NCBI GenBank assembly: GCA_951406725.2 | Contig: OX597821.1 | Coordinates: 35,898,001 to 35,962,000 of the forward strand | DNA: 64,000 nt | Reading direction: 5' to 3' | From: Octopus vulgaris | Lineage: Eukaryota | Shown here: positions 42,193 through 56,550 of the stretch, in pieces | Layout: the number at the start of each line of letters is the position of its first letter | Position numbering within the stretch: position 1 is the first letter of the stretch | Position numbers and translations under genes: made by a program | The notes under the pieces: model-generated | Told to the model about the DNA's origin: nothing | Databases searched by the model: none | The model's input: only the letters and a program-made list of their open reading frames with translations

Positions 42193-43284
42193 TATTACAC
42201 GTGGAGTAAAAATAAATGGAACACACGAAAAATAGGTACAAAGGTTCAAGGTCATTCTGGCATTAAGTTGGTATATACAATTGGTACGTTATATGCTGTA
42301 CACCCTACCCAAAGGGAATGCTTTCATCTCAGAATGCGTCTTCATGTTAAAAGAGTACCAACTTCATGGGAATGTTTGAAACAAGCTAATGTTGAAATTT
42401 ACAGAACATATCAAGAAGCGTGTTTTATGTTAGGTTTACTTGCAAATGATCAGCAATGGGAATCTCCATTAGAAGAAGCTTCAATATGAAAAACACCAAA
42501 GACTTTAACATGTTTGCTATTATACTGAAAACTTGTGAAGTAAGTAGTCCTGTTCAACTGTGAAATATGTTCAGAAATGATCTTGCTGAAACTTTCAAGC
42601 AGCAACTTCAGATCAATAATCCTGAGCAAGATATTGGTTTCACTGATGCAATAAACAATGCGGCTCTGATTCAAATAGAAAATTTAGGTCTCCCACTAAC
42701 TAATAGATGGGATCTTAACATTTTGTCCACTGAAATAATGAGAGAAATTTCCTATGATAAGGGTGAACTGATCATGTACATAAATGATAATCTTCCTGAG
42801 CTTCTACATGATCAACGTCGTGCATATTCCACAGTCATAAAAAGTATTAAAAATAACACAGGAGGTCTTTATTTCTTATATATTCCAGCGTTTGTAAATA
42901 AAATCCTCCTGGCTAAAGTTCATCAAGAAAATGAAATAACTTTTGCTACAGTTACTACTGGAATTGCAGCAACATTACTACCCGGGGTTCGAACTGCTCA
43001 TTCAGCATTCAAGTTACCTTTAGATTTACCTAACAAAGAAAATCCAGTTTGTAATATATCACAAAAAGTCTGTAATAGGTGAACTCATAGAAATATATCA
43101 ATTTATGGTCTGTGACGGATATACCATGGCCCACAAAAACTTTTGAAGCTGTGGACAGAGCATTATGAGACGTTAGAATTTGCAATTCCATGATGAGAAA
43201 TGTCACAATATTATGTCAGGAGACTGACGACAGACACTACCAGTTTTTTAAAAATACACAAAAACAGGAGGAGTAAATTATACA
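41735..43284 (+). mobile_element. Decayed Helitron (RepHel/PIF1 helicase fragment)
   Basis: VHP..RECFHLR, TYQEAC..LGLL.NDQQW, TTGIAATLLPG.RTAHSAFKLPL. Interrupted by the mariner element. Confidence 0.8.
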
Positions 43285-43286
43285 TA

Positions 43287-44555
43287 TTGGGTTGGCAACT
43301 AAGTTTCCGCCGTTTTTTAAATCTACATTTTTTAAAAGGTTTAATAAATAAAATAACAACTAATTAATCAATAATGTATTCACCGTTGTTATTTACAACT
43401 TCTTCCCAACGTTCAACAATATTTTCAATACCTCGTTGGTAGAAATCACCCGAGTTCCACTCGAAAAATTGATCCAACCAAGCCCTCAATTCTGAATCTG
43501 TATATAACGAAACTACGCGCATAGCATTTGAAAGAGATCGAAAGAGGTGGAAATCCGTTGGTGCCAAATCAGGAGAGTACGGCAGGTGTAGCAGCACTTC
43601 CCAGCCATGTGTTTGAATGGTTTTCTTGGTCATATTGGCGATATGGGGGCGGGCGTTGTCTTGCAGCAGAAGAATTTCATGTTGCCGATTAGGTATTTTC
43701 TCTTGAATAGCCGTGTTGAGTCGTTACATCTGTTGAACATAGAGTTCCACGTTGACCGTTTGGTTCCGTTCAAGCAATTCGTAATGGATAATCTCTTCTC
43801 AGTCCTACCATATGCACAACATCGTTTTACGCGGATGAAGATCTTGTTTCACGCGCGACGTCGCTTGTTTACCGTGGATAAGCCATTCCTTACGCTGCTT
43901 CATACTTGATGTACAGGCACCATTTTCGTCGCTAGTAGCGATTCGGTAAAAAAAAGCCGTTGCTTGTCTCCATGAGTTGAGCGGTGACGAGCAAGCAAAC
44001 CAGCGGAGATTGTGGCTCGTTTATTTTTGTTGTTGTCACTTAAAGCATGTTCCATACTTCTGAACCTTGCCCATCGAGTGAAGATGCTTCTCTATAGTAG
44101 TGTGGGAGCATTCCATTTTCTCCGTCAGTTCCCTTGTCGTTTGACGAGAATTTTCGTGCCAAAGTTGGTTTAATCGCTGTTCATCGAACTCAACTGGACG
44201 ATCAGAACGAGGTGCGTCTTTGAGGTCAAAATTTCCATTTTTGAACTTGGCATACTAATCACGAGCGGTTCTTTCAGCTATGGCATCCTCTCTATACACA
44301 ACACAAATGTCGTGAGCAGCTTTTGCGGCCTTAGAACCTTGATTAAAAGCAAAAAGGTGTCGAAAATGCTCGTTTTTCTTAACTTTCCATTTTAATGATC
44401 TGAACTTAAACAAAAATTAATTAACACTAATTAGAAAACAATACAAACAAGTAGATTCCAAAATGATTCAAAACTAGAATTCTCGCAAAAAAAAAATAGA
44501 TTCCAAAATTTAAAAACGCAATAAAAAAACGGTGGGAGCTTAGTTACCAACCCAA
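43287..44555 (-). mobile_element. Full-length (~1.27 kb) mariner element with broken transposase
   Basis: TIRs TTGGGTTGGCAACTAAG / CTTAGTTACCAACCCAA with TA duplications. YSPDLAPTDFHLF motif, ATG near 44390, stop near 43364. Confidence 0.92.
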
Positions 44556-45654
44556 TATAATAATATTTTCAATATGGCTCCCGATAAGCAGCAAAAGTAT
44601 CGACGGGTTTTACTGATAAGATATATATATATATATATATAAAGGAAAAACCATAAAAACATAAAATATTATAAGAAACACGACAAATATAGGAAACCAC
44701 GAAACAATTTTTTTCTTGTTCAAAAATCGCATATATAGGCCCAGGCGTTAATGTGTGGTAAGAAGTTCGCTTCCCAACAACATGATTCAGGGTTTATTCC
44801 CACTGCTTGAAAACTTGGGGAAGTGTCTTCTAGTGTAGATCTGGCCGATCAAAGCCTCGTAAGTGGTGGACGAAAACTGATAGGAGCCCGTCTTTTATAC
44901 AGACAAATGTACACACACATAAACATACACACACATATGTACAGGGCCGGATTTATAGGGTGGAAAAGGGGCATGTATATGAAGGTAAAGTGATTAATAA
45001 AAGGAAGTTATTGTTTCTAGGTCAAGCTCTTTCTTTCAACGCATGACTGAGTGATAACCTTCGCTTGACTACATGCACCTAAAAGCACACTCACACACAG
45101 ACACACACACACACAAACACAAACACACACACACACGCACGCATATATACAGACATTAACACATACACACACACAGACACACGCACTCATATTGCTATTT
45201 CTGAATTTAATTATTTTAGTGATGCATTGCAAACTGGTCTAAATTTATGAATCAAGTAAGTAAAGAATATATTCCAGAATTTATATTTTGAATTTCCTTA
45301 TAAAATTAAATCTCACAACAGCTAAAACAATTTTTCAATCTTTTCCGTAATTATCTTTCTTTCGGTGTATTCCAAATTCTGAAACATTTGTAACTCGCAT
45401 TAAAAAAGAAGTCTCACCCCTTTATTGCACATTTCACAACGAAAGAAAAGTTAAATAGCGCAAGTGGATGTGTGAAGAGAGAAATTTGAATTTTGAAAAG
45501 TGTATATATTAAGTGATATTTTCAGTCATTTATTTAAACTTTTTCTGAAAACGACCGCTTTTAGGATTTAAATTTGGTAACTTTCCCAGATTTTAATCCT
45601 TGTGTATGAGTGGGCCACCGAAATTGCAGTGTCCCGATACCCCATGGTTTAGAT

Positions 45655-45887
45655 CCTATTTCTTTATTACCCACAAGGGGCTAAACACAGAGGGGACAAA
45701 CAAGGACAGACATAGGTATTAAGTCGATTACATCGACCCCAGTGCGTAACTGGTACTTAATTTATCGACCCCGAAAGGATGAAAGGCAAAGTCGACCTCG
45801 GCGGAATTTGAACTCACAACGTAACGCAGATGAAATACCACTAAGCATTTCGCCCGGCGGGCTAACGTTTCTGCCAGCTCGCCGCTT
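45655..45887 (-). mobile_element. tRNA-derived SINE with Nin/Deu-like domain (other copies ~1140-1345 -, ~1400-1535 -, ~3110-3290 -, ~3820-3990 -, ~11735-11950 +, ~17310-17465 +)
   Basis: GAGTTCAAATTCC B-box followed by GTCGACTTTGCCTTTCATCCTTTCGGGGTCGATAAA, recurring at least seven times in the window. Confidence 0.85.
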
Positions 45888-45922
45888 TTGATCCGATCCA
45901 ATATACCTGTATACATACATAC

Positions 45923-45959
<37 letters not shown>

Positions 45960-45994
45960 CATACATACATACATACATACGTATACATACATAC

Positions 45995-46069
<75 letters not shown>

Positions 46070-46186
46070 TATAATAGGGTGTACATTTATACACATAAGA
46101 GGAATCCACTCATGGGATTTATGAGAATTAGGAATAAAATTCCATAACGAACAAAATAAAAAATAAAAACTTTTAGCATCTGGTTT

Positions 46187-46258
46187 CCTGGACCAATTGG
46201 TTTCTGATTTTAGTTTAGCAAATAAGATGATTTGCTAGGTGAAATCATCATCAACGGG
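46187..46258 (-). ncRNA. Type I hammerhead motif with extended stem II
   Basis: Minus: CCCG TTGATGA TGATTT..TAGCAA..TTGCTA..AAATCA GAAA CCAATTGG TC CAGG. Consensus with the copy at 46555 gives CCTG CTGATGA...GAAA CCAATTGG TC CAGG. Confidence 0.7.
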
Positions 46259-46554
46259 TACATCTTAGATTAAATATATAAACATGAGGCGATCGATTGT
46301 ATGTCTCTTGTTTATAAATACTAATTTTTTAAAATCTACTGCGCAGGCACAGCTCCTCGTCGGCAATAGAAAATGCCAAGTTTTAAAATTCGAAAATTTA
46401 ATCTGAGGTGTACCTGTTGATGATGATTTCACCTAGCATTTTTTTATTGCCGATGAGGAGGCGCGCCTATGCAGTAGATGTTAAAAATTTAGGATGTATA
46501 AACAAGAGACATATAATTGATTGCCTCGTGTTTATATATTTAATCTGAGGTGTA

Positions 46555-46623
46555 CCTGCTGATGACGATTTCACTTAGCAAATCATCTTTGCTAAACTAA
46601 AATCAGAAGCTAATTGGCCCAGG
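46555..46623 (+). ncRNA. Inverted second copy of the same hammerhead (mutated stem III)
   Basis: CCTG CTGATGA cGATTT..TTAGCAAA tcatc TTTGCTAA..AAATC a GAAG CTAATTGG CC CAGG. Confidence 0.6.
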
Positions 46624-46875
46624 AAACTAGATGGTAAAAGTTTGTATTTTTCATTTCGTTCCATTCGGAATTTTATCCCTAATTTTGTCGTTTTAGAACC
46701 TACCTGTTCTTTCTAGTCTGATGAATCCCATGAGTGGCCTCCTCCTATGTGTATAAATGTACACTGTATTTTACGAGTAATACATAAACTTTGGACTAAA
46801 TTTTTACACTGGGAGTGAAAATTTCTATTAATTTCCATTTCCCTTCCATATGATTAAGTATATATATATATATAT

Positions 46876-47402
46876 TTATAAATGAGGGTGAAAATTTGAT
46901 TTTAATTTAATAATACCATCAATTTAACACCAAGTGGCTTAGCACAAAAAAACTAGGGAGATAATACAAATGTGGATAGCTCTAGTGCTAAAAATAGCTC
47001 CGTTCCTAGTATAGCCACAGAAAAGATGTTTCCAAGGAGAAATAACATTACACTTAACGGAAGGAAAGTGAAACATAACGAAACAATAGATTGACCCTGA
47101 ACAAATTGTTTCATTACTAATGTAATATGTAATTTTACTTACATAGACATCTATAAATCATCGGCAGAGGTTTGTCTTGAATACAGTTTATTAGACCCTC
47201 ACGAGCGTCAAATACACGTGCGGTTTAATCGATTGCATTTGTAGCTATGCCTCAAATTCCTCGCCAAAACCATGCTAAGACTCATTGGAAACGAATACTG
47301 CATAAAATATTTACTGCAGCATAACTAAATTTATAAATTTATAAATGAGGGTGAAAAATTTGATATTAATTTAATAATACCATCAATTTAACACCAAGTG
47401 GC

Positions 47403-47403
<1 letters not shown>
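46876..47403. repeat. ~460-bp unit with ~65-bp terminal direct repeat between (TA)n tracts
   Basis: TTTATAAATGAGGGTGAAAA...AACACCAAGTGGCT at ~46876 and ~47338. Contains a degenerate hammerhead. Confidence 0.7.
47095..47169 (-). ncRNA. Degenerate hammerhead motif (U4C)
   Basis: Minus: CTCTG CCGATGA [long imperfect stem II with ATGTAA/TTACAT] GAAA CAATTTG TT CAGGG. Confidence 0.45.
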
Positions 47404-47450
<47 letters not shown>

Positions 47451-47493
47451 TGTATGTATGTATGTATGTATGTATGTATGTGTGTATGTGTGT

Positions 47494-47573
<80 letters not shown>

Positions 47574-48339
47574 AAACAGGAAAAGCAGAACACGAAATAT
47601 GGGTATATACTCTTTCACTCTTTTTTCTGCCATTTGACTGCTGCCATGCTGGCGCTCCGCCTTTAGTCGAATAACTCGACCCCCGAGCTTATTCATTGTA
47701 AGCCCAGTACTTATTCTATCGGTTTCTTTGCCGAACTGCTAACGGGACGTAGACCCACGAGCATCGGTTATCAAGCGATGGTGGGGTGGGACAAACACAG
47801 ACATACAAACATATACTTATACGACGGGCTTCTTTCAGTTTCCGTCCACTAAATCCACTCATGAGGCTTTGGTCGGCCCGAGGCTAAAGCAGAAGATACC
47901 TGCTCAAGCTGCCACACAGTGGGACCGAACCTAGAACAGGGGCTCGTAAGCAAGCTGTTACCTCACAGACACCCATCCGCCTGTATATTCTTATTAATAA
48001 TTAGCAGGAATAACTAAGTGGCGATGGCCTGAGTGTTTCATGAGTTGCGACTTATCAAATTAGTCAAAGGTCGAAGGCCTATATGTTTAATATAGCTATT
48101 GTTTAATAAATATATTTCACCTCTGGATTATTCTAGAATGAATCATAATTATATTACGTGAATAATTCAATTAGTATGTCTGTTATGTCGTTCAATAAAC
48201 AAATACATAAATAAATCAGAAAAGAAATAGAGAAAAAGAAAAAAACAGAAGAAATCTTGAGCTCGTCATCACACAGGCAGACACTCCTATACATATACAC
48301 ACACACATACATTGATATATGAAAAAGCCACAAAATACG

Positions 48340-48377
<38 letters not shown>

Positions 48378-48383
48378 TATATG

Positions 48384-48429
<46 letters not shown>

Positions 48430-49960
48430 TGTACATAAATTACAAGTAGATGTGCATGCTCCTTTCACTTGTTAATTTAACACAGAATCCGCATCACCAA
48501 AATATTTTTAACCTCCTCAAAACAAATTTGCCAATCATGTAACAAAAGGAAAAATTTATATATCAAAAGCATCTAGCAGGATTACTACGCATGACAAACT
48601 GAGAACATGAAGATTCATTCATGGTATCTTGAGACTTTATCTAAAGAGAATCTAGTAATTTCAAAGAAAAAGAGTTAATCATTCAAGTAGGATCCTCTGC
48701 TTTCTAGACACTTATTGTAGCGCTCCAGCAACATTAAAATCTTGTAATAAAACTCTTCTAATAGGAAAGTGCCCAGAACACTTTCCACAGCCTCCACATG
48801 TCGGTTTCAGTTAGGGGAACATTCAAAGGTTTCGAAGAGCATGTTCTGTACTGCAGGATGTATGAGGAATAGTCTTCATTTCTTTCAAGTAGTTGGTAAC
48901 CAGGATAGAATTATGAATTGGTGCATTGTCCTGGTGTAAATACTCAAGCCCCTTCCGAGGATATCTCTCTCGGAACTCCTTCAAAACATTCACAAAGTAA
49001 ATTTTGTTGATTGTCTGACCAGTAGAAACCCAGTGGATGTAGATGGCACCGTTACAGTCGGAAAAGCGGATTATCATGAACCTCCCATTAGACTTACTTT
49101 ACCTAGCCACTTCTGCTAGCAAAAAACAGATGTTCGGCACATACCAGTTAATTCATAAAATTTCATATTTCTCTACGGCTTTTTTTCCCAATTCAACACA
49201 CAAGTTCATTTACTGGAGAGCTTGTAAGTTGACCTCACGTCCAAAGTGAATTCTTCACAATGATCACTTGTGAAAAGCAGTGTTTAGTGGAATGTGTCCC
49301 AAGTACCGTTACAATCACTTTTATATTTTGTAACAAACGGTGGCATGTCAGCTTATTTTAGTAATGATATCCGATAATCTAGGACAGTTATATCTGTTTC
49401 TTTGAAGAAAGTGTCAAAACGTCTGTAACTCACCAATATTGTTATTATTAAACCATCTGGCTCTTAAGCAACTCCTTGATTTCCTGCTCGATTGAAGTAT
49501 CGGTTTAGCGATTTGTTCTCACACCATCCTCATCACAAATCCGCTGTACTGGAGCTCTGATCTCTCAGTGCTGTGAAATAGCGGCTTATTGAAGACAAGT
49601 TTCCTTGATCTCCGTGTTACACACCCTGACGAGTAGGTTACTCTTAGGATCCTTGTGAAGAAGACCCTTTGAACCGCAGGTGTGCTTGATTGTACACTTT
49701 CAGTACTCAACATTTATAAGCTTAATTGCCAATAGGCACAAAATCGAATTGAAGCTATCGAGTTTGGCTTTTGTAGAAACCTCTTCTTCAATGAGGATCG
49801 TATGCAGTGCCAGCATCTGTAATTCCAGTATCCAGGTCGGGATCCTGTCTCTCATCACTCTTGGATACAGCTCAGAGGTACTTACTTCATGTCACACTCT
49901 CTCTCTCTTTCTCTCCTTCTCTCTCTCACTTTCTCTCTTTCTATCTCTCGCTCTTTCTCT

Positions 49961-50010
<50 letters not shown>

Positions 50011-50247
50011 TTTTCACTCAATCGCACACAAATCATATACACATATACAAATTACGTTCCATGCAAATATTTTTAAATGGGAAATTAGTGTAGCATTTAG
50101 GAAAGTAAAACAACATTGTTTAAGAGACATGTCGAATTGTTTTTATTGAAATACTTATAACATATTAGCGACTTTACTGAATTTGCCTTTGTCAAAAGAA
50201 AAAATAAGAAAAATGCACGCAAAATCCTATTTTACCGATGGTATTCG

Positions 50248-50253
50248 TTTATT
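50248..50253 (-). terminator. Candidate polyadenylation signal, gene B
   Basis: TTTATT on plus strand = AATAAA on minus, paralogous to 37178. Confidence 0.45.
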
Positions 50254-50531
50254 TAATTTTCTGTAGAATGATACTTCCAAAGATAAAACAAAAAAAAAAC
50301 CTATTAATATGAAATGGAGGTAAAGGAAACTTTATATTAAGAAAACTAATTGCTGTGCATCGTTTTAAAATATACATTAATAATAGCATCATTTATAACA
50401 TAGTAAAACTGATAAATGTATATAATACATGTAAATATATGTGATTCAAATGTTGAGTAGAGATCGATCACATTGTCGTATAACATTATTGAGCCGTTCG
50501 AGAATCAGGAGGAGCTAATGTGTACTTATGA

Positions 50532-51181
50532 TTAAACTCGACATCGCCAGAAGTTAGGCCATAGACAACACAACCTTCCAAAATACTGGATGGCTCTTCC
50601 ACCACAACATCCGCCATACCAGAGGTCTCTAACAGATCCTCCACAGCAAATTTGATTTCCAGTTTTCGCTATAGCAACGCCGTTGCAGCATAATTGAGTG
50701 TTACCATCTATAGCTGTATTTCCACAACAAGAAGTCGCTGTTGCACTTTTAGGTACAGCAACGCCGTTGCAGCAGATTTGAGTGTTACCATCTATAGCTG
50801 TATTTCCACAACAAGAAGTCGCTGTTGCACTTTTAGGTACAGCAATGCCGTTGCAGCATAATTGAGTGTTTTGATCTAGAGCTGTATTTCCACAACAAGT
50901 AGTCGCTGTTGCACTTTTAGGTACAGCAATGCCGTTGCAGCATAATTGAGTGTTTTGATCTAGAGCTGTATTTCCACAACAAGTAGTCGCTGTTGCACTT
51001 TTTGTTACTGCTACATTGTTGCAGCATAGTTGTGTGGAAAGATCAGCACCTGCTGTTCCACAACAAATGCGAGGGTACGAAGCAACATAAGTTCCGCAAC
51101 ATCGTTGAAATCGTGTATCGAAGAAGAGACCATTACATCTGCCGAATATAAAAGGGGGTCTAAAATGACCGGCCTGTAGTT
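50532..51181 (-). CDS. Galaxin-like gene B, coding exon 2 (spliced product 231 aa, 30 Cys)
   Basis: Acceptor TTTTGCAG ending at 51182 on the minus strand. Frame ELQAGHFRPPFIFGRC..., five ~28-aa (84-bp) units CCGNTAxDxNTQLCCNGxAVPKSATATx, ends FWRCRV*. Confidence 0.92.
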
Positions 51182-52061
51182 CTGCAAAATATAAACAAAA
51201 CACACAAATCAGGGCATGAAGGAGTATTACAGACAAGCACATATATTTTTAAAGGATAAACGTCACTCAAACACCAGCTACGTATCATATAAATAAGTTG
51301 TATAAAATACTTCGGAAACATATAAAGATATTTTAGTAAAGTAAATTCGCACAAACCAACAGGAAATAAAGGAAAAACATGTGTAAGCAACTATGCAATT
51401 TATAAAGCTTAAATTAGTGAATATTCACTAATTTTCTAACGTAAGTAGTTTTATGTATTAATTAATTCGTCTTTATTCTAGACTATTAACTAACATCTGA
51501 CATAAAATATGTTTTATTATACTAGTATTGACAGGGGTATATTTACACTAAATTATTACAAATAATATAATCTCTATAATATTTATTTAGATATATTATA
51601 AGATTTTACATGTTTCTAATTTAATCGTTATACTTTCGTTAGGTAGAGCATTTTCAATATATATTTTTAATGTACATTAAGTATTTAATATTTTAAAATA
51701 TATTTGTAATTCTTATTTTTAATATAATTTTTAACTTTTAATTTTCAACTTTTACCCGTACATAATAATATACATAGCCTGACGGGGCACTGGTGGATTT
51801 ATGTATTAAGCATAACCTTAATACACACCCTACCGGCACAGAAACACGTGTAGCGATTACTAGTACCACTTTCCCCACAGATTAATAACAGGTAAGATGA
51901 ATTTATTTAACTAATTTTAATTTATGTTATTTTAATTATTGTATTTGATTTAATTTTCTCTGCGTATACAACACCATGAGGTTATCCTAAGATAGGAGAT
52001 GCTTATCTATTGGTAAATATCCCAAATATGTAATAATATATGTATATATATATATATACAC

Positions 52062-52152
<91 letters not shown>

Positions 52153-52505
52153 AGTGAGTATGCAAACGAAAGAAGGGTAATCAAGACAATTACTGGGAGC
52201 TACATATAAGGATCGAAACAGTTTAATTCAAACGCTTGTTATTCTGAGTTTCAAGCGTGTAGCTAGTTTTCGACCATTCACTCTAGATGAGAGTTCGATT
52301 GAAGACAGTCAATGTTTACTGCTGGACGTTAGCCTGCAATTTGTCGAGAAAGATCACGCAGTGTGGAAGTTTGATGCTGGTATTTCTAAACATTAACTCC
52401 CTTCAAGCGAACTTTGAATCATACTCAATGGCTGAAGACTAGCTACATGCTTGATACTTAGAGAACCAGGGAGTTTAAATCAAACTGTTTTGATTCATAT
52501 ATTTA

Positions 52506-53612
52506 TCTCTATATATATAAACGGCAGTTTGTCTGTCTGTGTGTCTGTGTGTCTGTCAGGTTGTACCCTCACCCTGACCACGGCTTTCAACCGATTCTGA
52601 TGAAACTTGGCACACACATAGCCCAATGTCATAATTTAAAACTAACGCAGCGAAAATTTTGAAAAATTCCCCCTGTTCTGAAAAAAAATCGATAAATTCG
52701 ACATGGGGTCGAGAATCTAAGCTTTTTAGATGCAACACATTTTCTGTTGTAGTTTTCGCAACTTGCAATCGAATTTTACCAAACTCATGACGTTAGTTTT
52801 CCATGCAATACCTTACCATCAGAAAAAAATCGATAAAACCATGCCATTTTGGGAAACCGCGTTCAAATTCAAGATGACATATTTTCGACAATATCTTTCA
52901 CAAATTGGCAGGAATTTTTTTTGAAATTCACAGGGAGCATCATGTCTGCTCCAAGGAGCTATATGGCCCTTTTTATTCCAATAGGATACTTTATTACTGG
53001 AAAAAATCGGTTAATTAAATCATATGTGGCACACATAGCAAACCGATTTGTGTATTAAACACAAACCAACTCGACCTTTTTAACTCTCGGAACACGTGGG
53101 GTAAGTATCCCAAAATGTATAAAAATGTACAAAAACGGCAAAAAAAGCAGGCAGCAATGTGAGTGACAACAACGAAGTCAAAAGTGACCAAACTGAACAA
53201 ACGAATGGAAAAGGTTTTTTGGTGCACACGACAAAAGCGGTTTATAATAAACCAAGAGTTTGCAAGTAGCGTCCGAGGACCCTTAGGGTACGTCAAAAAT
53301 TTAAGGTAAAACGTTTGGGGTGGTAGTTATAAAGAAAGTTTAAACAAAAAATGTATTCGAATAACTTGCGGCTGCAGCAGCTATTAGCAGAAGTGGCGAT
53401 GTTGGGGGTAAAGTCTCGAATGTAATTTCTTCCTGGTAGGAATTGGTTGGGTTGAATTATCGATAGCTGTTTGAAAGTTATTTGGTAGTGAAGAGAAGAC
53501 ATTGCAACCTACACATGCGCCTTCGTTCCCTAGAGGGAAAGGACTAGATTGGGATTAGTCGTTGCTTACTAGGGGCTCTTACATACCCGGGCAACGCCAG
53601 GCTATGCTGCTA

Positions 53613-53613
<1 letters not shown>
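52506..53613 (+). mobile_element. Non-autonomous Helitron (right arm only)
   Basis: A|TC start, TATATATAAA..GTCTGTCTG microsatellite, 3' hairpin CCCGGGCAACGCCAGG and CTAG end. Confidence 0.75.
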
Positions 53614-53708
<95 letters not shown>

Positions 53709-53710
53709 AT

Positions 53711-53742
<32 letters not shown>

Positions 53743-54600
53743 AAATATGCAGGAGTTAATATTTATAGAGATATTATTAATGTTATTATTGATAACAGAC
53801 AGTAATAATAATATACATTGTTGCAGGCCTGAATTTGCATTATATAGCCATAGAATTAAAATTCATATCATAAGGCCACAGGAATGTGCTTGCTTGCTAG
53901 AGATAAGAGTTAAAACTCTCATCAAACCACCAATAATAACACTGAAAATAACAACAGAAAACAACAGTATTCGGGCAAACGGAGCGAAAAAAATTCCTTC
54001 TCATACCTATAAAGCAGAATGCTATTTCTTCCTTGATATTAGTATACAGCTGGATTGATTTGTAGTTTGACATAAAATCTTACATTCATCACCGCGGGTC
54101 GACCATACGGAAAAATCTTCCCAAACTACTACTTCTACTACTAAATCTGCTCGCCCTTTGAATTGTTTTGCGCCAAATCACAGCAGCCTCAGTGTATAAA
54201 GTATCAATACGGAGCAAATATTCAGGAGCGAATATTTATATACATATTAATATTGTTATTATTATCGAGGGCAACATAAATAATAAATAGAAACAGGCTA
54301 AAATTAACCTTATATAGCCATATAAATAAAATTAATATCATAAGGCCATTCGAAAGGGCCTGCTTGCTAGACATAATATTTAAAGCCCTCATTAAACCCC
54401 CCAATGATAACACCGAAAAAAAAACACACGGGCAAACGGATACAAAAAAATTCTTTCACAAACCTATATAGCAAAATAATGATAATGAACATTCCAGGAG
54501 TTGCAGGGTCACTCGGAGCACTACCAAACAAACATGTGAGCAGATCAAGCCCAAAAAACGGTTGAATGTCTCCCACCATAATTAACAACCAAATATCAAA

Positions 54601-56550
54601 TACGACAAATACAACGTGGACGAATCGTTGGTTCGAAATAGGAGTAACTACACCCCCTCAAAATGTAAGAACAAAACTCTTGATCATTTCTGTGAACACA
54701 TCTCGAATTACCCATATCAACACATGCACAAACAAAAACACAAACCAAACTTCAGCAAAAAAGAATGGGGTGATCTGAACAAATTAAAAGATGACAAAAC
54801 AATAACAATCGAAGAGGCTGATAAAGGGAGTGCAGTTGTCTTAATGGACACGGTATTTTATATAACTTTAGTACTGTCCATATTCGAAGACACAACATAT
54901 TATGAAAAGGCCCAACACTACAGTCAGCAGGAAATAATGAGAGAACTAAAATCCATGTTAAACCTATACAAAGAAGGGCGCACCAACAAAGAATATGACT
55001 ATATGACCAATTTCAAACGTAAAACCAGCCAATTCTACAGTATTCCCAAGATACACAAAAGGGAGAAAATAAGTAACGCATGCAAGATAGCCACAGACAT
55101 AATAATTACAGTCCCAACTCCTAATGAGCTCAAATTGAGACCTATAATAGCAGGTCCCGCATGCGAAATCCACCGCCTCAGTAACTTTTTAGATACCCTC
55201 TTAAACCCATTCCCCAAGCATGCCAAAAGCTATATAAGGGACGACCCGGATGTGCTCAATCACCTTAAAACAATAAACAAAAACACCCTACTAGTATCGT
55301 TCGATGTAGTCAACCTCTATTCCAATACCCCCCACAACCTAGGAATAGAGGCAATTCAGTTCTGGCTAGAGAATTACGCCAACGAACCCCTACATCGTAT
55401 CAAAAAAGAATTCGTGATAGAAGGGCTAAAATTCATCCTGGAAAATAACTACTTCGCCTTCAAAGACAATTTCTACTGACAAAAATCATGGACTACGATG
55501 GCTACGCGAATGGCCCTCATTTGCTAACCTAGTCACGGGATATCTAGAGATTTGTCTTTATCGAAAGGTTCTAGAAAGATACGGCAGCCCATTCTCCCTC
55601 TGCATAGAAAATATATGGAAGAGATACCTAGATGACTGTTTCATTCTTTGGCATGAAATATAGAGAAACTTAAAGAATTCCAAGCACTTTTAGATAGACT
55701 TGACGTAAACATTCAATTGACGATGCAATATAGCCAGCTACAACTTCCCTACGTCGACATCCTCATTAAGAAATCTAACAACGTAATAGAAACAGATATA
55801 TACTATAAGCCTACGGAGTCCAAGCAATATCTATAGTTCAACTCATACCACGTCAGACACACCAGAGTGAATATCCCCTTCAACCTAGCAAAAAGGATAT
55901 GTACTATAGTTTCTAATGCAAACACCAGAGACACACGACTACATGAACTAAAGTATACGCTCATCATCAGGAACTACCGACCTTCACTAAGTGACATATC
56001 TTTTCAACTCAACATCCAGGAACTTAGACATCCCAAATTAAAGAAAAATTTACAACCAAAAGCCCTACCATACATCTCCACATACAATACTCTCAACAAT
56101 GAAGCCTTCGACACCATCCTCTAAAACATACCTCTGCTAAAAAAGGACCACAGAATGAACTTAATCCTCCAACCACAAACCATTATAAAAAGCAAGAGAC
56201 AGCCCAAATCTATGAAAAGTCTCCTAACACAAGCCCGAATACGCTCAACAACACAGAAGTCGGCAGTAAAAAAAAATGCGTAAGACCCAACTGTGGGATA
56301 TGCGACTATTTAATTGAGGGATCAGTGTTCTCTCTTTATTACAAAATACAGACCCCTTTTGAAGGCATCTACGACAAACGACATATCTACCACGGCCTTA
56401 GAATAACACAAATACACACGCAAATATTAAAAATGATACACTCGAGAGATTCCCAAGAATTCATTAGAAAACACTCCTAATTACTGCTATAATCCATAAC
56501 GTGCTAATTTTAAGTCATTTAAACATTTAACACACTACTTTCACACTAAC
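54601..56550 (+). mobile_element. Paralogous 5'-deleted Penelope-like RT copy in the intron of gene B
   Basis: ORF 54616-55479 is nearly identical to 24605-25384 and shares the same premature stop after KDNFY. Confidence 0.88.

Larger units (their letters stand above)
46073..46770. mobile_element. Foldback element with hammerheads in both arms (Penelope pLTR-like)
   Basis: GTGTACATTTATACACATA...CCACTCATGGGAT at the left end is inverted at ~46725-46770. Arms ~300 bp, starts after (TA)n. Confidence 0.75.

Noticed and set aside
54616-55479. 287-aa ORF as a host gene or active reverse transcriptase
   Set aside because: It is a Penelope RT fragment that stops before the YxDD motif, with frameshifts downstream.
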